From: a virus
Taxonomy: Duplodnaviria; Caudoviricetes
DNA: 48,720 nucleotides
IMG/VR virus record: IMGVR_UViG_3300032330_000853
Coordinates: 1-48,720 of that record
Direction: 5' to 3' (one strand)
Positions within the stretch are counted from its first letter, which is position 1. The number at the start of each line of letters is the position of its first letter. The notes beneath the pieces are model-generated. The model had not been told where the DNA came from, ran no database searches, and saw only the letters and a list, made by a program, of their open reading frames with translations. Position numbers and translations under genes: made by a program. Positions 9,085 through 16,120 of this stretch are shown one piece after another.

Positions 9085-9435
9085 TTAGTATCTAAAAAGT
9101 CCAACTTCAATATTCTTTGCTTCAGCAGAATAAACTAATCTAGACTTTGATTCATTTGGTTTGCTTAAAAAAGCAAAATAGTTTACCTGATCCATATTTT
9201 TATCTAGCCATGCTGGAGCAGTATTATAAAACTTAATCTTTTTTCCTCTTGCCTTCATGCCTCTTTCAGATAAATTTGAAAACTCAGAAACAAAATTATT
9301 TATATTTAATGGACCAACAGAATAAATTATAAACTCCTGATCATCTTCCTTCATGGTAGACAAAGCAACGCTCATTGCACGAAGAAAGACATTATAGTCT
9401 TTAAATTCTGTCGTCCCCTGCACTGCTACTATCAT
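9085..9435 (-). CDS. Hypothetical protein, possibly SLOG/YspA-like
   Basis: MIVAVQGT.EF.DY N-terminus resembles YspA-like SLOG proteins. Weak assignment. Confidence 0.45.
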   Translation of the reverse strand: MIVAVQGTTEFKDYNVFLRAMSVALSTMKEDDQEFIIYSVGPLNINNFVSEFSNLSERGMKARGKKIKFYNTAPAWLDKNMDQVNYFAFLSKPNESKSRLVYSAEAKNIEVGLFRY

Positions 9436-9847
9436 TTGGCCCAACCCCTTTATTTAAATCATCTAAGATGTCCATCATCTTTTTTAATTCTTTTTTTGGC
9501 ACAGAGTACATATCTATTGGTTTTATAGTGTTTTCATCTATTCTTCCATTAATAGAATTAGCAGTATAAAACACATTGTCAACTGTCCAATATGCCATTC
9601 CTTCAGTTATTACAACTTTTAACATGTTTTTCTGAACATGTTTTTGTGACTGAGTTATAACTTTTGGTTTATCAAACATTTCTTTTGGAATAACATCTTT
9701 AATAATTTCATATATATTACTTTGTCTATATGTAATTTTTTTTAAAAATATATTTCTATCTTTGCTTGATACTTTAATTATAGACCAAACAACAATGAAT
9801 GTCAAGGCTGCTGGTAAAGTATAAAAAAATATTTTTAAAGAGTCCAC
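9401..9847 (-). CDS. Hypothetical membrane-anchored protein
   Basis: N-terminal TM helix. ORF in operon context. Confidence 0.6.
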   Translation of the reverse strand: MDSLKIFFYTLPAALTFIVVWSIIKVSSKDRNIFLKKITYRQSNIYEIIKDVIPKEMFDKPKVITQSQKHVQKNMLKVVITEGMAYWTVDNVFYTANSINGRIDENTIKPIDMYSVPKKELKKMMDILDDLNKGVGPNDSSSAGDDRI

Positions 9848-9849
9848 TG

Positions 9850-10026
9850 CTACTCTTTTTTGTCAATAACTTTTTTTGTTGCTGGAACTGGAACATCGTT
9901 AGTTACAAGACTAATAGCCTTATTTAACTTTATTTGTGTTTGTAATAAATTAAGTTCAAGATCAGACTTACTCTGTCTATAGAATGTTAATAGTTGTATT
10001 AACTCTTCTTTAGTTAAATCATCCAT
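9850..10026 (-). CDS. Small coiled-coil protein (58 aa, missed by ORF track)
   Basis: MDDLTKEELIQLLTFYRQSKSDLELNLLQTQIKLNK... fills the gap exactly. Confidence 0.65.
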   Translation of the reverse strand: MDDLTKEELIQLLTFYRQSKSDLELNLLQTQIKLNKAISLVTNDVPVPATKKVIDKKE

Positions 10027-10031
10027 TTTAC

Positions 10032-10400
10032 CTACCCCTTTTTGAAACTAAAAGCGCTTCCAATCCACGCTTTTTCTGTTTTTTTCTTCTCACGTTCTAC
10101 TATTGCACGACTCCATGCAAAACCTGCATCTCCGCCCCAGGCTAACCACATAATTTTTCCATTAGATGGATTTTCTGCGTTATCCCAATCTTTACCCTTT
10201 TTATCTACCTCATGACGTGAAAAAAAAGAATACATTCTTTTTACAGTATCAAGAGACATGGATGCACCATTTACAATATCAGTCGCTCTTCCCCATCCAA
10301 CTGGAGTTCCAGCACCTTTTGCTTTGCCATCTTCTTTATATTTTAAAGCACGACGTGCAGCAGCCTTCATGCCATCATTTGGTGTATATGTGTCTGCCAT
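10032..10400 (-). CDS. Conserved phage protein, probably head-associated
   Basis: GT.VGW.RA..I...SLDTVKRMYSFFSRH...W.AWGGDAG..W is a module type I associate with phage head proteins. Ends KAWIGSAFSF. Confidence 0.6.
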   Translation of the reverse strand: MADTYTPNDGMKAAARRALKYKEDGKAKGAGTPVGWGRATDIVNGASMSLDTVKRMYSFFSRHEVDKKGKDWDNAENPSNGKIMWLAWGGDAGFAWSRAIVEREKKKTEKAWIGSAFSFKKG

Positions 10401-10534
10401 TATTTATCCTTCTTTGGATGTTTAACAACATAGTTATCAATAATTGATTTAATTGTTCCATTTTTATTCATACGAACAATCTTACCATTTTTGATTTGTG
10501 TCGCATTAAATGAACCTGCTTTTTTCTTTGGCAT
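10400..10534 (-). CDS. Small basic protein (44 aa, missed by ORF track)
   Basis: MPKKKAGSFNATQIKNGKIVRMNKNGTIKSIIDNYVVKHPKKDK. TAATG coupling on both sides. Confidence 0.6.
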   Translation of the reverse strand: MPKKKAGSFNATQIKNGKIVRMNKNGTIKSIIDNYVVKHPKKDK

Positions 10535-11547
10535 TATTTTTTAAACGGATTAAGGTCAAAAATACTTCCACCCCAACCAGTCATTCCTTTACTAGTCATG
10601 TTATTCCAATTTTCTGGAAGCATATCAGTTGCTCCAAGTTCTCTTGCACGACGAATAATATGTGCTTTAGCCTTTTCATAATCTTTTGCACGACCAACAG
10701 ACTGAATAGCATTCATTAAATCTGCTCTATTTGCAATTGGGAAAGATCCATCTGGCATAGCATTTCCTGATTCTGCCATTCTTTCACGAGACGTTGTTGA
10801 ATAGTCACGCTTTTCTGATTTATATGTGCCACCACGACGTTTATATTCTTGAACAACCCATCCATTTGCAACTGCAGAAGGATAAACATCAAACTTATCT
10901 TTTGCTGCTTGTACAACTGCTGCATATAATCTTGGATTTGAAGGTGTTGATCCACTCTTACGTGGTTTAATTAAATCTTCATATTTAGGCTTTGCTGCTT
11001 TACCAATTTGTGCATCATACATTGCCATCATCATTTCTGAATCCATTTGTGGAATTCCTGAATCAGTTGAACCCATTTCAACAACTAAGTCTACAGATAC
11101 TGATAATGATTCAATTTTAACTACTTCTGACATACGAACATAATAAACATATTCTTCTTCAGACCATGAACCATCTTGTTCTTCATAGCAACGAACAATA
11201 ACTGGCTTATCATCTTCAGCATATTCCATTGAATATTCAGAACCAGGAAGTCCTAGAGTTCCAGGGTTTGTCATTACATATTCAACACGACCAACTTCAA
11301 TTTCATCATCTTCATTAATAAACATAACAAAGTCACCTTCTGTGACCATTGATTTTTCTACTGATGTAATTGACTTACGAGCAGTACTTGCCCATATAGC
11401 ACGAGCCTGTGCTGCTGCTTTAGCCTTTGTTGGATGACATCCATGTACTGTTCCATCTGCACTTACCGTTGGATATCCATCGCATCCGTAAGAGCCTTTT
11501 GCTCCTGCATGGTATCCTCCTGCTGGCTTTCCTTTTCCTGCTGGCAT
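10534..11547 (-). CDS. Modular multi-domain phage protein (four small modules, including DUF5872-like and DUF6582-like)
   Basis: GCH.T...A..Q module, beta-rich GDFV..GRVE module, YPSAVANGWVVQEYKRRGGTY module, and AMPDGSFPIAN..DL.NAI module. Ends GWGGSIFDL. Has its own promoter and GGAGG RBS. Confidence 0.65.
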   Translation of the reverse strand: MPAGKGKPAGGYHAGAKGSYGCDGYPTVSADGTVHGCHPTKAKAAAQARAIWASTARKSITSVEKSMVTEGDFVMFINEDDEIEVGRVEYVMTNPGTLGLPGSEYSMEYAEDDKPVIVRCYEEQDGSWSEEEYVYYVRMSEVVKIESLSVSVDLVVEMGSTDSGIPQMDSEMMMAMYDAQIGKAAKPKYEDLIKPRKSGSTPSNPRLYAAVVQAAKDKFDVYPSAVANGWVVQEYKRRGGTYKSEKRDYSTTSRERMAESGNAMPDGSFPIANRADLMNAIQSVGRAKDYEKAKAHIIRRARELGATDMLPENWNNMTSKGMTGWGGSIFDLNPFKK

Positions 11548-11572
11548 AATAAACCTCCTAGGTTATATACTG

Positions 11573-11581
11573 ATTATATCA
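11573..11581 (-). promoter_or_regulatory. Extended -10 promoter TGATATAAT
   Basis: Exact motif 26 nt upstream of ATG 11547. Repeated at four other gene boundaries. Confidence 0.65.
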
Positions 11582-11941
11582 GTTTTCTTTCTTAAACATA
11601 AGACGTTTAAGTTCCATAACTGACCACTGCTCATCTTTACTTAGTTTTGCCACTTCTGAATCTATAAGAGACTTTTTTGATAAGGTTATTACTGGATCAT
11701 CAGCAAGAAAGTCTATATTTATATACCCTTTTTCCCAAAGAGATAACATTTCTTGATTTATAGTATTTATATGCTCTGTGTATAGATCTGGCATAAGTTC
11801 TTTAATTTTTGGGGTAAAAGAATATAAAAAAGATCCGTTTGATGAATCAACCCCCACTATTTCTAGTCCACCATTAAGGATCAAATAGTCCATAATTTCT
11901 TGATCTTTTGGAATCATATTTTTATCTTCAGGATTAAACAT
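11579..11941 (-). CDS. Hypothetical protein (possible winged helix)
   Basis: ORF in operon with an LWEKGYI motif. Start uncertain. Confidence 0.6.
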   Translation of the reverse strand: MFNPEDKNMIPKDQEIMDYLILNGGLEIVGVDSSNGSFLYSFTPKIKELMPDLYTEHINTINQEMLSLWEKGYINIDFLADDPVITLSKKSLIDSEVAKLSKDEQWSVMELKRLMFKKEN

Positions 11942-12227
11942 TCTTTTTAATATCTTTTTTATTATCAATAAACTCAATTAATTTTTCCTTTGTTTGTAAT
12001 CCAGTTATGCGGTTAATTTCTTCACCGTTTTTTATTAGGATAAATGTTGGAATAGATTTTATTTCAAACTTTTTAGACAAAGCCATTTCAATTTCGGCAT
12101 CTATAATTTGAAAAGTGTTTGGAAACATATCTTTTGACAACTCTTCAACAATTGGCCTTACTTTCTTGCATGGCTGACACCAGTCTGCTGTAAAATAAAA
12201 TACAGAAATTTTATTTTTTTGATTCAT
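11934..12227 (-). CDS. trxA: Thioredoxin
   Basis: FTADWCQPCK active site and SIPTF cis-Pro motif. Confidence 0.9.
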   Translation of the reverse strand: MNQKNKISVFYFTADWCQPCKKVRPIVEELSKDMFPNTFQIIDAEIEMALSKKFEIKSIPTFILIKNGEEINRITGLQTKEKLIEFIDNKKDIKKNV

Positions 12228-12690
12228 TCTCTGCAGTTTCCTTTTCTATAATTGCTTTTTGTTTAAGAGTAGCATAATCATTGTACTCAAAATCTTCATC
12301 ACTTAATGTTTTCATAAATGGACAAAAAATCCTTGCTTCTTTCATACATTTTTTATGAAATGGATGAACATCAGAAAAAACTCTTCCTCCCCTTGATCTA
12401 AGCATTAAAACATCTGCGCTTTTCCATCTAGCACAATTTTCATTATTTTCAATTTTAATTCCACAATATGGACAAAGATCTTGTTTATAAATTTTATCTT
12501 CATTTATTTCATTAAGTTTTAATGCTCTTCCAAATTTAAATGCTGGTTTTGATTGCCAAGGTATAGGAACAATTTTTGCTAATCCATATTTTGTTTTATA
12601 TTCTTTGTTAACAGTTGCATCCGCATATGGTCTTGGCAAGCCCTTTTTATTTGTTATTTCCTTAGACCATTCAGTAGAATTTTTTATCAT
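12211..12690 (-). CDS. Hypothetical Zn-binding protein
   Basis: LCPYCG ... HKKC...A..FCP. Confidence 0.6.
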   Translation of the reverse strand: MIKNSTEWSKEITNKKGLPRPYADATVNKEYKTKYGLAKIVPIPWQSKPAFKFGRALKLNEINEDKIYKQDLCPYCGIKIENNENCARWKSADVLMLRSRGGRVFSDVHPFHKKCMKEARIFCPFMKTLSDEDFEYNDYATLKQKAIIEKETAENESKK

Positions 12691-13358
12691 ATTTTATTGT
12701 ATCCAAATGTTTTAAATTCCCAAAGCCATTCTTTATATATCTGATCTAAATATTTAGATGAAAAAACATCTTCTGGATTTATTGATTTTGGTCTAAATGC
12801 TTTTTCATTTTGGGTAATGCTTATCTTAGGTATATCATGTTTTATAAGTATACTATTAATTTCTGACTCTATTCCATTTTCATATATTAAAAAATTGTCT
12901 ACTTGTATATCGCCATCACCTGATAAATAAATATGTTTATTGCTTGTATGCCAAGGCCAACCAAGTTCATTATTAAAATATTTTTCAACTAAAATACTTT
13001 GCTCTATTTTATCTAAATTATTCCATATATAGTTTTTATTAATAAAATAAAGCCTATGAAAAAAATGAGAAAGAACAGCGTTGTATGGATTTCTAATAAA
13101 AATATATGACTTTATATCAGTTAAATCAACCTTTACATTTATTTCAGAATAAGACATATGATTATAAAAACCATCATAATTTCTTGGCTTATACCCATCA
13201 TAAATTTTTTCTTCTAAAGCCCATGCTGGATCATCTGATGTTCTAGGAGTTACAATTGCATCTTCTGGAACTACCATTGATAAAGGAATCTCTAAAGATG
13301 TTCCACCAACTTTTTTATTTTTTAATAATAAAAAATTGTTGGATTTTGATAAAATCAT
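12687..13358 (-). CDS. Sulfotransferase (Sulfotransfer_2 / carbohydrate sulfotransferase-like)
   Basis: 5'-PSB loop KKVGGTS, 3'-PB motif FIRNPY..VLS, and C-terminal F..FGY. Confidence 0.75.
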   Translation of the reverse strand: MILSKSNNFLLLKNKKVGGTSLEIPLSMVVPEDAIVTPRTSDDPAWALEEKIYDGYKPRNYDGFYNHMSYSEINVKVDLTDIKSYIFIRNPYNAVLSHFFHRLYFINKNYIWNNLDKIEQSILVEKYFNNELGWPWHTSNKHIYLSGDGDIQVDNFLIYENGIESEINSILIKHDIPKISITQNEKAFRPKSINPEDVFSSKYLDQIYKEWLWEFKTFGYNKI

Positions 13359-13766
13359 TTACTTTCCTGATTTTGCTCTTGCTTTTGCAAGGGCTTGAAA
13401 ATCCTTAATTTTTGTTTCCCCAAGATATCCCCAAGCATATCCATCATTAATCATTTTATTATTAACTGATTCTGATTCGCCATTAACATATACCCAGCCA
13501 AGAATGCGACCATACTTTTCTGATGAATCCATTTTTTCTGTGCGAATAACTACAGACTTAGCATCTTTTAAATGCTTTTTAAGATATTCTTTAGCCTCAA
13601 GACCAAGAGCCTTTTCAGCCTTATCTGTTGTACGAGATTCTGGTGTATCAATACCTGCAAGTCTTACACGAGATGCAAATAAAATATCAAACCCTAAATC
13701 AATAACAACGTCAATGGTGTCTCCATCAACAACATTTTTTACTTCTCTAACAAAATACTCATACAT
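13359..13766 (-). CDS. Thermonuclease (SNase-like)
   Basis: VVDGDTIDV, RVRLAGIDTPE and KYGRILG. Confidence 0.92.
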   Translation of the reverse strand: MYEYFVREVKNVVDGDTIDVVIDLGFDILFASRVRLAGIDTPESRTTDKAEKALGLEAKEYLKKHLKDAKSVVIRTEKMDSSEKYGRILGWVYVNGESESVNNKMINDGYAWGYLGETKIKDFQALAKARAKSGK

Positions 13767-14020
13767 TAGTAGTCCTTACCTTTCGCCTTATCCTCAATTA
13801 GTTTATTTCTTTCATCAATAATGCTAATCATAAATGACATCATTTTTTTGTATCCTTCGGCATTATCAATAATTTTATTATAGTGATGACCGCAAAACAT
13901 TAGATCTCCAGAAATCCCAGTTACTTTTACTAGTGCTTCTGCTGCACACGAATCACAGCGATCAATAGCACTTAAAGTCCACTCTTTGCTTACAACTTCT
14001 TCTGCAATCATTGTATTCAT
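13766..14020 (-). CDS. Small Zn-finger protein
   Basis: DRCDSC...L.FCGHH, a motif common in actinobacterial and actinophage small proteins. Confidence 0.7.
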   Translation of the reverse strand: MNTMIAEEVVSKEWTLSAIDRCDSCAAEALVKVTGISGDLMFCGHHYNKIIDNAEGYKKMMSFMISIIDERNKLIEDKAKGKDY

Positions 14021-14029
14021 AGTATACCG

Positions 14030-14203
14030 CTACTTTCTGTTGTCCGTGGAATAAAATCCACTGCCATTAAACAAAACTCCTGGAGATGTCCATTGTCTTT
14101 GCATAGTTTGCTGACAGCATGAAGGCTCTCTGTCTTCACCAAATTCTCTTTTAAATTCAATGCTAGAAGAACACACATTGCATCTATAATCATAAACTGG
14201 CAT
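14030..14203 (-). CDS. FmdB-family zinc-ribbon protein (57 aa, missed by ORF track)
   Basis: MPVYDYRCNVC...PSCC..TM.R......F.GSGFYSTDN. AAGGA RBS. Confidence 0.85.
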   Translation of the reverse strand: MPVYDYRCNVCSSSIEFKREFGEDREPSCCQQTMQRQWTSPGVLFNGSGFYSTDNRK

Positions 14204-14235
14204 TAACCATTCCTTTACTTATGTTCTACTTATTA

Positions 14236-14244
14236 ATTATATCA
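14236..14244 (-). promoter_or_regulatory. Extended -10 promoter TGATATAAT
   Basis: Exact motif upstream of the FmdB-like gene. Confidence 0.6.
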
Positions 14245-14520
14245 CTAGGCTATCTTGTGTGTCAACCTGTGATGAGTTCTAATTCTATGGCAATTTGCAC
14301 ATACAACTTCACATTTTGATATTTCTTTTTTTATTGCTGCCCAAGAAAATCCATCATGAATCATTCTTGAAATATTATATTTTTTATCTTTTAAATGATC
14401 AAAATCTAATATTATATGATTGTTTACTCCACAATCTACACAGCCAGATGCTTCTTTTATTTTTGCAAGTCTATTTTTAAACTCTTGCTTATCATAATGG
14501 TCCAACTGCTTGTTAGTCAT
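14245..14520 (-). CDS. HNH endonuclease-like protein
   Basis: CVDCG...LDFDH...CEVVCANCHRIRT. Confidence 0.8.
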   Translation of the reverse strand: MTNKQLDHYDKQEFKNRLAKIKEASGCVDCGVNNHIILDFDHLKDKKYNISRMIHDGFSWAAIKKEISKCEVVCANCHRIRTHHRLTHKIA

Positions 14521-14528
14521 TGATGATA

Positions 14529-14537
14529 ATTATATCA
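14529..14537 (-). promoter_or_regulatory. Extended -10 promoter TGATATAAT
   Basis: Exact motif 8 nt before ATG 14520, a near-leaderless arrangement. Confidence 0.6.
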
Positions 14538-14539
14538 GC

Positions 14540-14638
14540 ATGTAAAAGCCCTACACAGGTATTCCAAGCACTTTGGCCAGGGAATATATAGAAGGGTAAC
14601 TACTCCATCCCAAGGTCCTGTGTAGGGACTATTTACAT
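14540..14638 (-). ncRNA. Candidate structured RNA (long closing stem with branched interior)
   Basis: CCCTACACAGG (14549-14559) / CCTGTGTAGGG (14617-14627), extendable to about 20 bp with a bulge and a mismatch. Internal TATTCC/GGAATA helix. GC-rich within an AT-rich background. Confidence 0.5.
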
Positions 14639-14642
14639 TATA

Positions 14643-15056
14643 CTACTTGATCTTAATAGACTTAGGTTTCTTTTCTTCTGGAACGACTCTATCAATATTA
14701 ATTGTTAGCATACCGTCCTTAAGTTCAGCACCAGTTACTTCCATATATTCTCCAAGAGCAAATGTGCGGGTAAATTTACGACCAGCAATTCCTTTGTGAA
14801 CAATTTCAGCATCTGTTACTTCTACAAGTTCTCCTTTAATTATAAGAGAACCATTATCAATAGACACATCAATATCTTCTCTGGAAAATCCTGCTACAGC
14901 AAGAGATAATCTATATGTATCTTCATCTAATTTAAGAAGATCGTATGGAGGATATGATTGGTTGTTTGTTTTATATACATTGTTTAACTGTGTTAGGTTT
15001 CTATTAAACCCAATAAAAAAAGGGTCATTAAAAATGGCCCATGGATCGTTCATCAT
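14643..15056 (-). CDS. hsp20: Small heat-shock protein Hsp20 (IbpA-like)
   Basis: YPPYD, LAVAGF, HKGIAGRKFTRTF, A.LKDGML.I and PEEKKPKSIKI. Confidence 0.93.
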   Translation of the reverse strand: MMNDPWAIFNDPFFIGFNRNLTQLNNVYKTNNQSYPPYDLLKLDEDTYRLSLAVAGFSREDIDVSIDNGSLIIKGELVEVTDAEIVHKGIAGRKFTRTFALGEYMEVTGAELKDGMLTINIDRVVPEEKKPKSIKIK

Positions 15057-15111
15057 GTTATTCCCCTTTCAAGCGAATAAGTTAGCGTACCCCCGTAGGC
15101 AGTACATATAT

Positions 15112-15120
15112 ATTATATCA
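15112..15120 (-). promoter_or_regulatory. Extended -10 promoter TGATATAAT for hsp20
   Basis: Exact motif between the tRNA 3' end and the hsp20 leader. Confidence 0.65.
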
Positions 15121-15125
15121 GAATT

Positions 15126-15201
15126 TGGAGCGGAAGACGAGACTTGAACTCGCAACAGTCTGCTTGGAAGGCAGAAACTCTACCAATTGAGTTACTTCCG
15201 C
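15126..15201 (-). tRNA. tRNA-Gly(TCC)
   Basis: GCGGAAG acceptor stem, D loop with TGG, anticodon arm TCTGC-CTTCCAA-GCAGA, GTTCAAG T loop, and encoded CCA. 76 nt. Confidence 0.95.
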
Positions 15202-15207
15202 AATGCT

Positions 15208-15900
15208 TTAAGGTTTTACCCAACCGCCAAGCATTTTAATTAATGAATTAATTTTTGATCTTAAAAGATTCATTTCATTTTGAACAAAAATAATATCTAA
15301 TTCTGAAGCAGTTTTTCTGCCAGAGATAGATATTGATTGAGATGAAAATGTTTTTGCAGTCTTTTTTGTTACAGATAAATTAGTTGGTTTATTATCATCA
15401 TAAGATTCATTTTTTAATTTTATTTCTGAATAAGTTTTTCCAATAGTATCGTTATATGAAAAAGATCTTGAGGTAACTGGAATGCTTACTTCTGAAATAG
15501 TTGTTGTTGTTATTTTAGTTTTATCATCAACTGTTACTTCAATGTCTGAACTATTAATTCTTACATTTTCATGAACTGTAAATACTCCGTTTGACTCAGT
15601 TACCATGATACCAGCGCTCTCGTTTCCAATAAAACTGCCTTGCCCTTGAGCATCATTTGTAATTGGATTAGCAGCAATTTGTGGAACCACTCTTTCTCCA
15701 CCAAAAGTTCCACTACCGCAGACTGCCTGTGTGCAGACGATTACATTTGTCACCGTTCCAGAACTATCAACAACAGCCCACACTCCTGCCCCATCGCTTG
15801 CATTTGCATTTTGAAATGAACCTAATGAAAATAATGATACAAATAAAAATAAAACTAATACATTTGCTTTTACTCTTTTATTTTGAATACTACTTGACAT
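15208..15900 (-). CDS. Secreted or exported hypothetical protein
   Basis: Signal peptide ending ANA-S, IVCTQAVCG motif, Ser/Thr-rich beta region and a C-terminal amphipathic helix. Confidence 0.65.
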   Translation of the reverse strand: MSSSIQNKRVKANVLVLFLFVSLFSLGSFQNANASDGAGVWAVVDSSGTVTNVIVCTQAVCGSGTFGGERVVPQIAANPITNDAQGQGSFIGNESAGIMVTESNGVFTVHENVRINSSDIEVTVDDKTKITTTTISEVSIPVTSRSFSYNDTIGKTYSEIKLKNESYDDNKPTNLSVTKKTAKTFSSQSISISGRKTASELDIIFVQNEMNLLRSKINSLIKMLGGWVKP

Positions 15901-16085
15901 GGATCCCCACCATCTTCCCATTCTTGTTGTTCTTCTTCAGTCATGTACGGATCTCCGTCATGAGTATTGCAGAACGGTTCTGTTATCCATCCCCGTTCAA
16001 TTCCGTTATCAAGCCAGATTTCAAACTCTTTGTCTTCCGACTCTTTGCTCTGAATATCTTTTAATATTTCTTCAAACTCTTCCAT
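15870..16085 (-). CDS. Acidic hypothetical protein
   Basis: GIERGWI..PFCNTHDG.P...EE..EW..GGDPC. Consensus promoter directly upstream. Confidence 0.7.
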   Translation of the reverse strand: MEEFEEILKDIQSKESEDKEFEIWLDNGIERGWITEPFCNTHDGDPYMTEEEQQEWEDGGDPCQVVFKIKE

Positions 16086-16091
16086 ATAAAA

Positions 16092-16120
16092 AGTATACTA
16101 TAAGGATAGTGCCTTGTCAA
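16092..16120 (-). promoter_or_regulatory. Housekeeping-sigma promoter TTGACA-N17-TATACT
   Basis: -35 at 16120-16115, -10 at 16097-16092, and ATG 6 nt later (leaderless). Confidence 0.8.

Noticed and set aside
14245-14520. HNH gene as a mobile intron-encoded homing endonuclease
   Set aside because: It is free-standing, short, has its own promoter and interrupts no gene.
14540-14638. Possible second tRNA or hammerhead ribozyme
   Set aside because: No TTC T-loop, CCA end or cloverleaf, and no CUGAnGA/GAAA core. Kept only as an unknown structured RNA.
15126-15201. tRNA as a prophage attachment site
   Set aside because: No integrase, no duplicated tRNA 3' end seen, and phage-type genes lie on both sides.
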